Shown in pieces: positions 28,663 to 39,676 of a stretch of DNA of 64,000 nt. The notes under the pieces are model-generated. The model saw only the letters and a program-made list of their open reading frames with translations. It made no database searches and was not told the origin of the DNA. The stretch comes from Nannocystales bacterium (GTDB lineage Bacteria; Myxococcota_A; Polyangia; Nannocystales; Nannocystaceae). The stretch is taken from assembly GCA_050633305.1 (NCBI GenBank), contig JBOEGF010000042.1, positions 1 to 64,000 on the forward strand. Direction: 5' to 3'. The translations under genes were made by a program, and so were the position numbers. Positions within the stretch are counted from its first letter, which is position 1; each line of letters starts with the position of its first letter.

Positions 28663-31377
28663 ATGTCGCGCACACGCGGTCGTTGGATTGGATGTCGGTG
28701 GAGCGTGGGGTTTTTGCTCGCGACGAGTTCGGCGATCGGCTGCTCGGATGACAGCGCCGCCGCGGACACCGACGCGGGCGAGACCGGAGATTCGACCACA
28801 ATCGCCACGACGGTCGCACCAACCGGGATCACGGAAACCCAGGGCACGAGCGGAAGCTCGTCGGGAACAGGATCCGGGCCGGGCAGCGACAGCTCCACCG
28901 GGGGCCCGCCCGTGGGTCCAACCTGTCGCGACCAGCCCGACGCCGACCGCAGCGGAACACGGCGATGGGAGGACGCGATGGGAACGGCGGAGGTCACGAT
29001 CGACGATCCTGACGCCCAGCGCCGAAGCTACACCTTGAGCACCACCGCGAGTCTCGTCGATGGCCTACCCGGCAACCCTCGAACCCTGGTCGAGCAAGAC
29101 GGCGACTCCACCCTGCGCTCCGGGCACGACCTGTTCGACGCGCTCTACGCCCTTGCGCTCGAAGAGACGCGAGAGAACAGCGTCGAGTCGATCCAGGACT
29201 TCGCGTTCAACGACGGGGCCGAGGTCCCGTGCGGTGGGTGCTTCGAAACCGGGCGCAAGTGGAACTACGTCTGGACGCGCGACACAGCCTACGCGCTCGA
29301 CCTCGGACTCGCGGGGCTCGACCCCACCCGCGCCCGCAACTCCCTCGAGTTCAAGCTCAGCGAGCGGCGCGGCGGCGGAGACCTTCAGATCGTTCAGGAC
29401 ACGGGTACGGGGGGCAGCTACCCGGTCTCCAGCGACCGTGTGTCTTGGGCGGTCGGTGCATGGGAGCTGCTCGGCCAGCTCCACGGAGACGAGCGTGAAG
29501 CGTTCCGCGACCGAACCCTCGAGGCGCTGACCAACACCCTCGAGCACGACCGCAACGTCGTCTACGACCCAAGCGATGGCCTGTACCTGGGCGAGCAGTC
29601 GTTCCTCGATTGGCGAGAGCAGACCTACCCCGAATGGACCGCCGCCGACGTCGTGCACATCGGCATGAGCAAGGCGCTTTCGACCAACCTGCTGCACTAC
29701 CGAGCGATGCGCATCGCAGCGGCGCTCGCAGACGAGACCGCCGACGCGAAGACCCGAGACCAGTTCAACGGATGGGCGGACGAGCTCCAGGCCGCCATCA
29801 CTGAGAGGTTCTGGGTCGAAGAAGAAGGCATGTTCTCGACCTTCGTCACCACCGGCCTCGACCCCGCGCCGGTCCGCCGATACGACCTACTCGGCTCATC
29901 CTTCGCGGTCCTGTTTGACGTCGCGGATGCGGACCAGGCATCGCGAATTCTCTCCGCCTACCCGCACTACGGCCCCGGAGCGCCCGTCGCCTGGCCCCAG
30001 CTGCAGGACATCCCGATCTATCACAACCGCGGCGAGTGGCCGTTCGTCACCGCCTACTGGTTGCGCGCGGCGGCCAAGGCTGGCAACGCGGCGGTGGGTG
30101 AGAAGATGATGCTCGCGCTGATTCGTGGTGCCGCGATCAACCTCTCCAACATGGAGAACTTCGAAGCCGGATCCGGAGCAGCATGGCTCGAGGACGGCGC
30201 AGCGAGCGGGCCCGTGGTGAACTCGCAACGCCAGCTGTGGAGCGTCGCAGCGTATGTCTCGATGGTTCGCCACACCCTGTTCGGTCTGCACGCCGAGGCG
30301 GACGGCTTGCATGTTCGGCCGTTCGTGCCCGCGGCGATCCGCGACTCGGTCTTCGCCGGAACCGACGAGATCATCCTCAACGACTTCCAGTACCGCGGGC
30401 GCAGCATCAAGGTTGTGCTCGAGCTTCCCGAGACCGGCGGCACAGGATCGCTACAGGTCGACGCCATCCTCGTCGGCGACACGCAGGTGCGCGGAGACCT
30501 TCTCGAAGGACTCGAAGACGGCAGCTGTGTCACGGTTCGGCTGGTCGCGGGGCGAGGTGATGCCGGGACCCTGACCGAAGTCTCCGACACCGACTACCGC
30601 GATGTCTTCGGGCCACGAACCCCTCAGATCACCAGCATCGACGGCAACGCTGGCCAGGTCTCGTTGCAACTCTCGACCAGCGAAGCCGCGGATGTCACGT
30701 GGCGGATCTATCGTGACGGCGAGGTCGTGGCGGACGATCTCGTCGGCAGCACCAGCTCATGGACGGACCCGGACTTCGACGCCGACAGCGCCCAGACGCC
30801 CTGCTACGTCGCCGAGCTGACCTTCACGGGGAGCGGCAACCACTCCCAGCACTCCCCGCCTCAATGCTGGTGGGGCGAGGGCTCATCGCGCATCAGCGTG
30901 ATCGGAGCATCGACGCTGGAGAACGAGGGCGGCACGGGCTCCAACAACCACGGCCGCTTCCACTACGAAGGGTGGGGAGACGCGGGGCACACCCTCACCG
31001 TCCCCAGCTACACCCCCACCCAAAGCGGGCCGCACCTGCTTCAGGTCGGCTATGGCAACGGCGCCGGATCGATCAACAGCGGGATCACCTGCGCGGTCAA
31101 ACGCGTCGTGGTCGAAGAGGTCAGCAGCGGCGACGTCGTCGCGAGCGAACCGATCATGATGCCGCACCTGGGCGACTGGTCCGTCTGGGCGCTCTCGAGT
31201 TTCGCCCCGGCAAACCTCACCGCCGGAGTCGAGTACCGGGTGGTCATCTCGGGAGACGAACAGACGGTCAACATGTCCGCGTTCTCCCACTTCGAGGCGT
31301 ACACCGGGGGACTCGGCGGGGACGAAGGAGAGTTCAACCGGGTGAACATCTCCGACGTCCGGGTCCTGGCCCGGTAG
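28663..31377 (+). CDS. Lipoprotein six-hairpin glycoside hydrolase (amylo-alpha-1,6-glucosidase/MGH1-like) with C-terminal CBM-like domain
   Basis: Lipobox AIGC with motifs FETGRKWNYVWTRD, DTGTGGSYPVSSDR, GEQSFLDWREQTYP, YHNRGEWPFVTAY, NSQRQLWSVA and YGNGAG.IN.GITCAVK. Confidence 0.88.
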   Translation: MSRTRGRWIGCRWSVGFLLATSSAIGCSDDSAAADTDAGETGDSTTIATTVAPTGITETQGTSGSSSGTGSGPGSDSSTGGPPVGPTCRDQPDADRSGTRRWEDAMGTAEVTIDDPDAQRRSYTLSTTASLVDGLPGNPRTLVEQDGDSTLRSGHDLFDALYALALEETRENSVESIQDFAFNDGAEVPCGGCFETGRKWNYVWTRDTAYALDLGLAGLDPTRARNSLEFKLSERRGGGDLQIVQDTGTGGSYPVSSDRVSWAVGAWELLGQLHGDEREAFRDRTLEALTNTLEHDRNVVYDPSDGLYLGEQSFLDWREQTYPEWTAADVVHIGMSKALSTNLLHYRAMRIAAALADETADAKTRDQFNGWADELQAAITERFWVEEEGMFSTFVTTGLDPAPVRRYDLLGSSFAVLFDVADADQASRILSAYPHYGPGAPVAWPQLQDIPIYHNRGEWPFVTAYWLRAAAKAGNAAVGEKMMLALIRGAAINLSNMENFEAGSGAAWLEDGAASGPVVNSQRQLWSVAAYVSMVRHTLFGLHAEADGLHVRPFVPAAIRDSVFAGTDEIILNDFQYRGRSIKVVLELPETGGTGSLQVDAILVGDTQVRGDLLEGLEDGSCVTVRLVAGRGDAGTLTEVSDTDYRDVFGPRTPQITSIDGNAGQVSLQLSTSEAADVTWRIYRDGEVVADDLVGSTSSWTDPDFDADSAQTPCYVAELTFTGSGNHSQHSPPQCWWGEGSSRISVIGASTLENEGGTGSNNHGRFHYEGWGDAGHTLTVPSYTPTQSGPHLLQVGYGNGAGSINSGITCAVKRVVVEEVSSGDVVASEPIMMPHLGDWSVWALSSFAPANLTAGVEYRVVISGDEQTVNMSAFSHFEAYTGGLGGDEGEFNRVNISDVRVLAR

Positions 31378-31380
31378 GCT

Positions 31381-31791
31381 CTACAATCGAAGCTTGTCGT
31401 AGCTGACAACCGCGATGAGTGGCTTCGGAAGCATCTCCTCCACGGTCGCGATCCGCTTCTCGACCGATCCGAGCCCACCACCGGATCGGGCCTGGTTGCC
31501 CCACTGCTTGAGGTGATCGGTCGTCACCGTGCGGATGTTGTTGGGCTTGGCCCACTCTCCGCAGATCCTCTGACCCAAGGTGTTCATCTGACTTCGAACC
31601 TCGGCACCGCCGCCCGCCTTCAGGGCATCTTCGGTCTGCTCGAGCCAGCCGTCCGCCAGCCAACTTCCCTTGTAGAACTTCTCGACGAAGTCCTTGTACT
31701 GGCTTTCGCCGCCGCGTGTCGACGCAGGCGCCGCACGGAACACCAACTGGAAATAGCCGGCGTAGAGATCCTTGAACTTTATGTCGCTCAC
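31381..31791 (-). CDS. Hypothetical cytoplasmic protein (136 aa)
   Basis: GGAG RBS and GTG start; protein-like composition (FY.G....GW, LG..I.GEWAK.N..R). Confidence 0.65.
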   Translation of the reverse strand: MSDIKFKDLYAGYFQLVFRAAPASTRGGESQYKDFVEKFYKGSWLADGWLEQTEDALKAGGGAEVRSQMNTLGQRICGEWAKPNNIRTVTTDHLKQWGNQARSGGGLGSVEKRIATVEEMLPKPLIAVVSYDKLRL

Positions 31792-31906
31792 ATCACGCTC
31801 CCCCGTCGCGACTTAGGCAGCCGCAACGTGTACGGCAGGAGCGTACCAGGAGTTCGGTCGACTCGTGCCCGTACGCCTGGGCGAGGTGCGGCGTCGGCGA
31901 CCCCGT

Positions 31907-32626
31907 CTACAGAGTCTTGTCGGCGATCCGATGCTTCGGGTTCTCGGGATCGAGCGCTTCCTTGGCGGCCTTCTCGCGTCGCTCGCTATAGCGATCGACA
32001 AGCAGGTCTCGGCGGTCGCGGGTGAGGATGGTGAACTTGTACAGCTCCTCCATCACGTCCACGACGCGGTCCCTGTACGGAGAGTCCTTCATGCGCCCGT
32101 CGTCATGGAACTCCTGATACGCCTTCGCCACCGAAGACTGATTGGGAATGGTCACCATTCGCATCCAGCGTCCGAGCAGACGCAGCGTGTTGACGACGTT
32201 GAACGACTGAGACCCCCCGCAGACCTGCATGACGGCCAGGGTTCGACCTTGCGTGGGGCGAACCGCGCCCATCGACAACGGGATCCAATCGACCTGGTTC
32301 TTGAACACGCCGGTGACCGCGCCATGCATCTCGGGCGAGCACCAGACCTGGCCCTCGGACCACAGCGAGGCCTCGCGAAGCTCGACAACCTTGGGATGTT
32401 CTTCGAGACCCGGTGCTTTGACGGGGAGCTCGCGCGGGTCGTAGATGCGCACTTCGCAACCGAGTCCTTCGAGAACTCGGCCCGCTTCCTCGGTGACCAA
32501 CCGGCTGTACGAGCGCTCGCGAAGCGACCCGTAGAGCATCAAGATTTTCGGCGGGTCGCTGCGCAGCGTGATGCTGGGGATCTGCGGCGGACTCAGCGGA
32601 GGAGGCGCACCATCGTGGTGACTCAT
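31907..32626 (-). CDS. arsH: Arsenical resistance protein ArsH (NADPH-dependent FMN reductase)
   Basis: [62 protein letters not shown] and DVMEEL.KFT...DRYSER. ATG at 32626 overlaps the upstream stop. Confidence 0.95.
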   Translation of the reverse strand: MSHHDGAPPPLSPPQIPSITLRSDPPKILMLYGSLRERSYSRLVTEEAGRVLEGLGCEVRIYDPRELPVKAPGLEEHPKVVELREASLWSEGQVWCSPEMHGAVTGVFKNQVDWIPLSMGAVRPTQGRTLAVMQVCGGSQSFNVVNTLRLLGRWMRMVTIPNQSSVAKAYQEFHDDGRMKDSPYRDRVVDVMEELYKFTILTRDRRDLLVDRYSERREKAAKEALDPENPKHRIADKTL

Positions 32627-34842
32627 GAGGACTTCTCGGCGCGGAGCGCTTCGATGACCCAGTTCACGTGCCGACCCTCGGCGATGGTGTGCCCGTGGGT
32701 TCGGATGCACTCGGTCTCGAGCACCCAGATATGTGTGCCGACGTTGTTCTCGAACGTCGAGCCTTGCACGATCTTGCCGTCGGGCATCACTTGGCGTCCT
32801 TCGATCCGGGTACGGCGAAGAACCTCGAGCGACGCGAGCCGCAGCAGCTCGTAGCGCTCCTGTGCTTGGTCGGGCGCAACCTCGACCGAGACGATGAGTT
32901 TGCCAAACGTCGGGTCCTTGTTGACCAGCTTGTCGCCGACCTCAAACCCGGTATCGAAGCGGATTCCCACCGCAGTGACACCGCTGATGTCCGACGCAGC
33001 CAGCCCTTTGAGGACGGCGGCTTCCTCGGGGAGCTCGATCCGCTCGAAGATGCCAGCGTTGGGCACAAACAGGCCTCGTCCGCCATCTCGGGAGTCCTTG
33101 AGGTCGGCCCGGAACGCCTCGGCGTTGATCCGGTACTCGCGGGCCACACGAACGTTCTGCACCGCGGACTGCTCGAACGGGATCGGCGCTCCGCGAGCGA
33201 CGAGGAACTGCAGCTGGACCAAGTTCAGCGGAGCGTTCGAATCGCCGTCCTGGATGCGGTGCGCCTCTTCGGTGACCGGGTGCTCAACCTGGATCCGCGT
33301 GTTCATCTCGAGCAGGTAGAAGTGCCCGCCTTTGAACATGAGCTCGACCGTGCACGCGCCCACGTAGTCGACATTGTCCGCGATGCGAACCGCGATCTCG
33401 CACATGCGAGCCTCGAGTTCGGGGTCGTTGCGGAGAACAGCGGGCGGGGCTTCTTCTTGGATCTTCTGGCTGGCCCGCTGCTCGCTGCAGTCGCGCATGC
33501 CGAAGTGACGCGTGTTGCCAAAACGATCGCGGACGACCTGCACCTCGAGGTGCATGGTCCTGGGGATGTTCTGCTCGAACATCACGCCAGGATCCCAACC
33601 GTTCGTGCTGATCTCCCCGAGCACGCGCAGCACCGCTGAGGGGATCTCCGAGGGATTCTCCAGCACAACCTGGCCTCGACCCCCGCCCCCGTTTGCCGCC
33701 TTGAGTCGACCGGGGAACTCGAATGCCCCGGCGGCGTGCGATTCGATGATCTTGGCCGCGATTGCCTCAGGGTCGTCGTCATCGATCACAATGCCGGGCG
33801 TCACCGCCTTGGCGTCGATCGCCTGAGCCAGCTTTCGGAACTCCCGCTTGTCCCCTGCACGTTCGACGACATCCTGCATCGGACCGATGAACACGATCCC
33901 GCTGTTGCGGAAGCACTCGATGGCCGCGGTGTTCTCGGCCAACGGACCGTAGCCGGGGTAGAGCGCCGAGCGACTCAGATGCTCTTCGGCGTCCTCACCG
34001 AACCGATCCTCGTACGCTCGCTTGATGCGTTCGACCATCTGTTCGGGGTTGGCATAGGTTTCCCGGAAGGCACCGTCGAGCGGCACGGCAAAGCCACCGG
34101 CCTCGATTGCGATTCGCACTTGCAGCGCATCCGCATCATCCGTTGCGCTGTGAAGCACGACCGGGCATGCGCCGGCGGCAAGTGCCTCTCGGGTAGCCCG
34201 CACGCCCATCTCTCCCTTGTCGGCCACGATGATGTAGTCCATCCGCCCCTCGCCCACCGTCGTTGCGGGGTAGCGGTCGAGCTCTTGGGACAACAAGTAG
34301 ATGAGGTCGCAAGTACGCGGGTTGCTTGCGAACAACGCGTGCGCGTCCTGTTGCAACCGAGCCCGCAAGCTCTTGCGACACGACGGGTACAGGCTGAGCG
34401 CAACACACAGATCGATGGCATCCGTCGCGCCCTCTTCGAGGGTGGAGGCGTCCTGCGCGATCTCGCTGAGCGAGAGTTGGGCCAGGTCTGCTTCGACGAC
34501 GCTCTCCTCGGGCACGTGTTCGCGCGCCTGGGCGATCTGGTCCAGCAGCGTCCGGACGCGGGTGGGGGCGCCCTCATCCAACTCAGCCAGCCGTGTCTTC
34601 CAGGAAAAATGCTGGACCCACACCTGGGCGTTCTCGATGACGTAGCGAAGCGCCATCAGCCTCTGCCCCAGCGCGCCCAGAGGAAGCGAGTGAAGCGCTG
34701 CGATCCTCGCCCCACGCAGGCCGATCGCCGCCGCAAACGCTTGCGTGGACACGAGGTATCCGCGCCCGGGGTGCACGAGGCTTTGCATCGCTTGTGCGAC
34801 GTCGTCCGGGGTCGGGCGCTGTTTTCTTTCTGGAATGCTCAT
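32623..34842 (-). CDS. Divergent biotin carboxylase (ATP-grasp) with about 200-aa N-terminal extension and no biotinyl domain
   Basis: [72 protein letters not shown] and DPTFGKLIV; no AMKM motif. Confidence 0.88.
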   Translation of the reverse strand: MSIPERKQRPTPDDVAQAMQSLVHPGRGYLVSTQAFAAAIGLRGARIAALHSLPLGALGQRLMALRYVIENAQVWVQHFSWKTRLAELDEGAPTRVRTLLDQIAQAREHVPEESVVEADLAQLSLSEIAQDASTLEEGATDAIDLCVALSLYPSCRKSLRARLQQDAHALFASNPRTCDLIYLLSQELDRYPATTVGEGRMDYIIVADKGEMGVRATREALAAGACPVVLHSATDDADALQVRIAIEAGGFAVPLDGAFRETYANPEQMVERIKRAYEDRFGEDAEEHLSRSALYPGYGPLAENTAAIECFRNSGIVFIGPMQDVVERAGDKREFRKLAQAIDAKAVTPGIVIDDDDPEAIAAKIIESHAAGAFEFPGRLKAANGGGGRGQVVLENPSEIPSAVLRVLGEISTNGWDPGVMFEQNIPRTMHLEVQVVRDRFGNTRHFGMRDCSEQRASQKIQEEAPPAVLRNDPELEARMCEIAVRIADNVDYVGACTVELMFKGGHFYLLEMNTRIQVEHPVTEEAHRIQDGDSNAPLNLVQLQFLVARGAPIPFEQSAVQNVRVAREYRINAEAFRADLKDSRDGGRGLFVPNAGIFERIELPEEAAVLKGLAASDISGVTAVGIRFDTGFEVGDKLVNKDPTFGKLIVSVEVAPDQAQERYELLRLASLEVLRRTRIEGRQVMPDGKIVQGSTFENNVGTHIWVLETECIRTHGHTIAEGRHVNWVIEALRAEKSS

Positions 34843-35125
34843 GAGCTCGAGCCTGCGGTGGGTCGAGGTCGAACCTGGTCTCCGAGCTCCCGACGCGGCG
34901 CATTAATGCAGGACCCTCGCGTCCGGTCAAATCCGTCCACAGTGGGCACTCTGGCCTCAGAGAGCGAGATCTGGCCGCACCGCCTCGAGGCCTTCCCCCA
35001 CGGCGCGGGACACCGGCCACGCCGTGAGCTTCATCCTCAGACATTTCTCCCCACGCCGGCTCATGCGAGCGGCCCGGTCCCGCGAAGGACGCAACCTCGG
35101 CCAGCGCCCCACGTCTACCCTGTTG

Positions 35126-35593
35126 ATGGTCCTGCGCGCCGCTGCGTTCGTGTCGACGTTGCTCCTGTGTGCCACCGGCGTCGGCTGCGACCGGCGTCCC
35201 CGCGTGAAGGACGACGCCGCCGAGACAAATGCTTCGCCTGACTCCAAGCCTGACTCCAAGGAGCAGAAGAAGAAGTCTCCGCTCGCGCGGTTCCAAGGCA
35301 AGTGGACTGGCACGCAAGACGGGGTGCGGACCTCGTTGGACCTGGCCCCTACGACGCTGACCCTCTCAGGCGAGTGGGGCAGCATGGGTCCGCTACGTCA
35401 TTCGGTCACTCGCAGCAGCCAGGACCGGCTCAGCCTTGATGTTGACCTCCCCGGGGAGGGAGCTGCCCCAATGAAGTTCAAGCTCTCCGAAGACGGTGAA
35501 GTCCTGACCATGTGGGAGGACCCCGACGACGACCCGATACGGCTACGTCGTCGCAAAACCAAGTCGCGCCTGTCCCGCAAAGACAGAGAGTAG
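35126..35593 (+). CDS. Hypothetical lipoprotein (start uncertain)
   Basis: Signal MVLRAAAFVSTLLLCATGVGC followed by a small beta domain beginning FQGKWTG. Confidence 0.65.
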   Translation: MVLRAAAFVSTLLLCATGVGCDRRPRVKDDAAETNASPDSKPDSKEQKKKSPLARFQGKWTGTQDGVRTSLDLAPTTLTLSGEWGSMGPLRHSVTRSSQDRLSLDVDLPGEGAAPMKFKLSEDGEVLTMWEDPDDDPIRLRRRKTKSRLSRKDRE

Positions 35594-35627
35594 ACGCGAG
35601 GCTAGCGGAGTCCTGGGCAGGTCCGCG

Positions 35628-36596
35628 CTACCACGGGACCACGTCCACCGCGGTGAGCGTGTCCGAGTTGAAGCTGGTCCTGAGCGAGCCAACCGCAGCG
35701 TCGACGCAGTACCATCCGCCGCTTCCCATCCCGTTGTCCCACTCGATCCGCAGACAATCGTGAGCAAGGCCAAGGACGGTCTCTGAGTCCTCCGCGACCA
35801 CCTCGATGTCATGAGCCGCCGATGACGTGAATGTGCCTTGGGAACTGGTTGTGGTCATGTTGCTCGCCGCGGTCCATTGGCTGCCCACCTCGATGCCCCA
35901 AGGGGTGACCAGCCACGGGGGACTGTAGTCGGTGTTGTTCCACGTCTCGAAGGGCTGACCGTTGATCGTACCGGCCGTCTCGCTCTCCAGTCGCAGCAAC
36001 GCCGCGCCGTCCTCGTCGCAGACGTAGGTGTACGTCAGAGCCGTGGTGTAGCTACCCGTCTCCACGACCGTCGGTTGGGTCAGCAGGAGAGTGACGGTCG
36101 TCGGATTTCCAGCGGAGACCGAGATCACCTCTCGGTGCCACGTGTACGAAGCGTTGTTGGCGGCTTCGTAGGCGGGGGTCGAGGCGGCCTCCCAGGTGCT
36201 CCCGACGTCGGCCAGGCCGCTGTACGGAGGGCAAGGTCCGTCCCAAACGGGTTCTCCCCCCGAGGATGAGCTGCTGTCGTCGTCGCCTGTTTCTGCGGTG
36301 GTGCTTGCCGTGGTGCTGCTGCTGGAGCTGGTGCCGTCGTCGTCGGAGCTTCCGGGGGTCGTGCTGCCGTCGCCTCCGGTGGTGTCATCGGGGGCGGTCG
36401 AGGTCGAGCTGTCTGGCACGCCTCCGCTGCTGCCCCCAACGGTTCCTGCCTCGCCGGGCTCGCTGTCCGAGGACCCTGTCGACCCCGAGGACTCGGTATC
36501 CGAGGCTCCGACGCTTCCAGCCTCGCTCCCTGCGGTGCCAGTGCAGGCCACAGGCACGATGGTCAGAGCGATAGCGAGCAGAGTGGGCTTGTTCAT
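35628..36596 (-). CDS. Lipoprotein with S/T/G linker and beta-rich C-terminal domain
   Basis: Signal MNKPTLLAIALTIVPVAC, about 95-aa low-complexity linker, and VGSTW/VGSQW repeats. Confidence 0.8.
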   Translation of the reverse strand: MNKPTLLAIALTIVPVACTGTAGSEAGSVGASDTESSGSTGSSDSEPGEAGTVGGSSGGVPDSSTSTAPDDTTGGDGSTTPGSSDDDGTSSSSSTTASTTAETGDDDSSSSSGGEPVWDGPCPPYSGLADVGSTWEAASTPAYEAANNASYTWHREVISVSAGNPTTVTLLLTQPTVVETGSYTTALTYTYVCDEDGAALLRLESETAGTINGQPFETWNNTDYSPPWLVTPWGIEVGSQWTAASNMTTTSSQGTFTSSAAHDIEVVAEDSETVLGLAHDCLRIEWDNGMGSGGWYCVDAAVGSLRTSFNSDTLTAVDVVPW

Positions 36597-36656
36597 GAGT
36601 TCCAGACGCGCCCTTTGAGGCTCGGGGCGCAGCGCGGTTGAGTGCGGGTTCGCACG

Positions 36657-39353
36657 TCACTGTTGCGCGCGGGTCCAGATCTCCCGGGCCTCTTCCCTCT
36701 GGGCTTGGGCGATGGTCCGCAGCCCCAACGACTTGGCGATGACTTCGTCGGTCGCAGCAAGGGTGGACTGCATGCGCGGGGCGACCAGAGAGTGCGTCGC
36801 ATCGCCCGTGTACCCACGCGGCGCATTCGGAAGCACGTACTGCAGGACCACGTGCGTCTCATCGACAGCCTTCCCGGCGTTGTCGAACTGCTCCTTCACC
36901 ACGAGGGCGTTGGTACCCTGGCCGTCGTCGAAGTACTCGATCTTCAGCACCGGCTTGCCCGACTCATCCTTGTACGTGTGGATCGTCGAGTCGAACTGGC
37001 CGTCGTTGTGCTCCACTTTGGTCGACACCCGCGTCTTGTGGCGCTGCATGAGCGCGTGCATGTCTCCGACCTGTTCTTTGACGGCGCGTGCGAAGTCCCG
37101 GGCCCGATACGCGTCCCCTTCGCCCGGGGCCTTCGCAAACGAATGACCGACCCGCGGGTCTTGGACTGCGGTCCGTCCACCCTGGGCCACCGCGTGGTTT
37201 GCCCTGCGAGCCTCCAAGTTGAAGGACCCGGCCTGCTTCAGGTAGGCATACATCTCATCGATCTGGAACTGGTCTCGGTAGTCGCTAGAGACCATGCTCA
37301 TCTCGGACTTCTGCCCAAAGAAGAGCTTGCCGTGGAACGGATAGCTCGCGTCCCCAAGCCTCATCATGGTCCGGCCGTGTCGAAGCTCGTGGAAGAACGG
37401 CGACATGACCCCGCGATGCCCGAACGCCATCATGGGGTGCCCAATTCGCATCGCATTGATGTCGGCATCGAACAGTCCGGCACCGCCGTCTCGCCGTAGT
37501 CCGACCGGGTCATAGATGTAGCGGACATCGCTGCCCATCGTGGGCCCGGCGCGGCGCATCATGGTTCCCATCCGACCCGGCGCCTCGAGGAGCTCGAGGG
37601 CCATGTGGGAGCCGCCACTCTCGTTGTCGACCGTGATCGGGCGGGCCCGGTAGCCCAGCTTCTCGAGTTGCGCCTGGACCTGGGGCATCAACTCCTTGGA
37701 CAACACAGAGAGTTCTTCGGGGCTCTTTGCCGCCAAGGCATCTGCGTTGCCAAGGTAGGGTTTCTCGATGTCCGCGACCCGGTCGAACGAAGGCGCATCG
37801 TCGGTTTGAACCCGAGGCGCGGTGTCGTTGGCCACCTGCCTGCGAGAAGACACGGGGGGTTCGGCAGCGACGGTGGCGGCAGGAGATCCGTCCGCGGTGC
37901 GCACGATCGCGACATCGTCGATCTTGTAGTTCACCTGGCCGTGCGGGGTCGAGATGCGCACGTTGTTGCCGTTGACGGACACGACCTCGCCCATCATCTC
38001 GCCGCCGGCTTCGGCGTCCTTGGTGCTCAAGGTGACGCGCGCGCCCGGCTTGAGTTCACCGTGGCGTCGACTCAACCCGATCATCAGCCGGTTTCCCGCG
38101 CGGCTCAGCCCACTTCCCGCGGCAGCTCCCGCGCCGCCCGCGACCGTGCCAATCACCGTCGCCTTGAGCAGGACCGCGGCCACATCGGGGGAGTCCCAGA
38201 CGTTGGGGTTGGTCGCAGTGCCGAGCCCTGTCCCGGCGCCGGAGATCGCCATGGTCCGAAACGCCTGCGCGACCTTGCCCACGTTGCCCGCTCCTCCAAA
38301 GCGCCCCAGCAGACCGCCCGTGGCGACGTCGACCAGCAACATGCCCCACGCGCCTTGCACCTCGCCCTCCAAGAACGCGAGACGCTGCTCGCTGACGGCT
38401 CCGACACGATGCCCGTCACGCGCCAACGCAAGATCACTCGATGCATTCGCCACATGCACGCCTCCCTGCGCGAGGCCGAGGGTGGCCCCCGCTGCCATGC
38501 CGACCAATGGACCCGCCACGCCCACGGTCACAACCGTCAGCACCACGCCCGCAGCGATGAGCGCGACCGCAGAGACGATCGCCCACGTCGCTTCATCGCT
38601 GAGGTGCTCCTCGACGTTGTTGGCAAACTCGGCGGTGTCCCCCTCGAACGCCCCGGACGTGGGGCGCGGTGGGAAGCCGGCAACCCCGGTCAGCCCGGCA
38701 CGCTGGTAGACACCATCGGCGAGGTCGGGGAACATCTCGAGGAGTTCCACCGTCTGCTCAACCCCAAGGTCGGCATAGCGTGCGTTCTGGGCTCGGCGCG
38801 CCGACGCGGTGTTGTTCCGCCCCGACAGCTTCCGTCTCGGGCCATCAGCGGCGTAGGGTTCGTTGACCGTGGTGCGAAGCTCGGTGAGTCGCTCATGCAA
38901 GTCTGTCGCGCGTCGATGACCCCCTCGCAGCGCGATGAACATGCGCGCGGCGGGGGTGTTGATGGACGTACGCGTGGCGCGTGCGCCCCAGGTCTTCCCG
39001 GTCTGCAACATCTGCTCCCGCGGGATGCCGACCATCGTCTTCGCGCCTTCCTCTGCGGCCTCCTTGGGGATTCCAAGGGAGAACAGAAAGTTGGCGATCA
39101 ACCCCTCGCGCACCCGCGGGGTCACGGACACCCGCAGCGAGGTGAACTGCGGTGCCCCAGGAGGATCGTGGGCGAAGCCGGCGATGACCTGGCGCGCCTT
39201 CGGCTCGAAGACCTCCAACGAGCCTCTCGGTCCACAGCCGAGCTCCTCGAGCGTACTCAGCAGCGGAGTCAGCAGTCCCCCGATCGTCCGCTGCGCCTCT
39301 TGGTATACGCGTCGAAACAACGCCGTTCGAGTTGCTAGAGTGCTCTGCGCCAT
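36657..39353 (-). CDS. 898-aa toxin-like hypothetical protein with central hydrophobic Gly/Ala helices and a C-terminal HExxH domain
   Basis: No signal peptide. Hydrophobic segment WAIVSAVALIAAGVVLTVVTVGVAGPLVG, then FFHELRHG...DEMYAY. Confidence 0.75.
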   Translation of the reverse strand: MAQSTLATRTALFRRVYQEAQRTIGGLLTPLLSTLEELGCGPRGSLEVFEPKARQVIAGFAHDPPGAPQFTSLRVSVTPRVREGLIANFLFSLGIPKEAAEEGAKTMVGIPREQMLQTGKTWGARATRTSINTPAARMFIALRGGHRRATDLHERLTELRTTVNEPYAADGPRRKLSGRNNTASARRAQNARYADLGVEQTVELLEMFPDLADGVYQRAGLTGVAGFPPRPTSGAFEGDTAEFANNVEEHLSDEATWAIVSAVALIAAGVVLTVVTVGVAGPLVGMAAGATLGLAQGGVHVANASSDLALARDGHRVGAVSEQRLAFLEGEVQGAWGMLLVDVATGGLLGRFGGAGNVGKVAQAFRTMAISGAGTGLGTATNPNVWDSPDVAAVLLKATVIGTVAGGAGAAAGSGLSRAGNRLMIGLSRRHGELKPGARVTLSTKDAEAGGEMMGEVVSVNGNNVRISTPHGQVNYKIDDVAIVRTADGSPAATVAAEPPVSSRRQVANDTAPRVQTDDAPSFDRVADIEKPYLGNADALAAKSPEELSVLSKELMPQVQAQLEKLGYRARPITVDNESGGSHMALELLEAPGRMGTMMRRAGPTMGSDVRYIYDPVGLRRDGGAGLFDADINAMRIGHPMMAFGHRGVMSPFFHELRHGRTMMRLGDASYPFHGKLFFGQKSEMSMVSSDYRDQFQIDEMYAYLKQAGSFNLEARRANHAVAQGGRTAVQDPRVGHSFAKAPGEGDAYRARDFARAVKEQVGDMHALMQRHKTRVSTKVEHNDGQFDSTIHTYKDESGKPVLKIEYFDDGQGTNALVVKEQFDNAGKAVDETHVVLQYVLPNAPRGYTGDATHSLVAPRMQSTLAATDEVIAKSLGLRTIAQAQREEAREIWTRAQQ

Positions 39354-39676
39354 TGTTCGCTCCGATCCAGGAGGCTCGCCCCACCGGGTGCGTCCTCTGC
39401 GGACATGTCATGACGTGTGGGTTCGCGAGATATTCGAGGTTGCTTGCACTCCGCGAGATCACTCTCGCCGTTCCGCTCCAAAACCTCGTGATTCACGTGG
39501 TCATCGAAGGTCGGGTTCGGCATCTGCTCGCCTGCGGTGGCCAGGTTGACGGAAGGGACAGCCCGCGCGCCGCATGTGCCAGGGACACCCCCATAACCGA
39601 TTAAATTCATCACAATCCTAACTCGAGAAACGAAAACGGGAGACGGAAGTCTGCCACTGCCTGCATTCACGATCCG

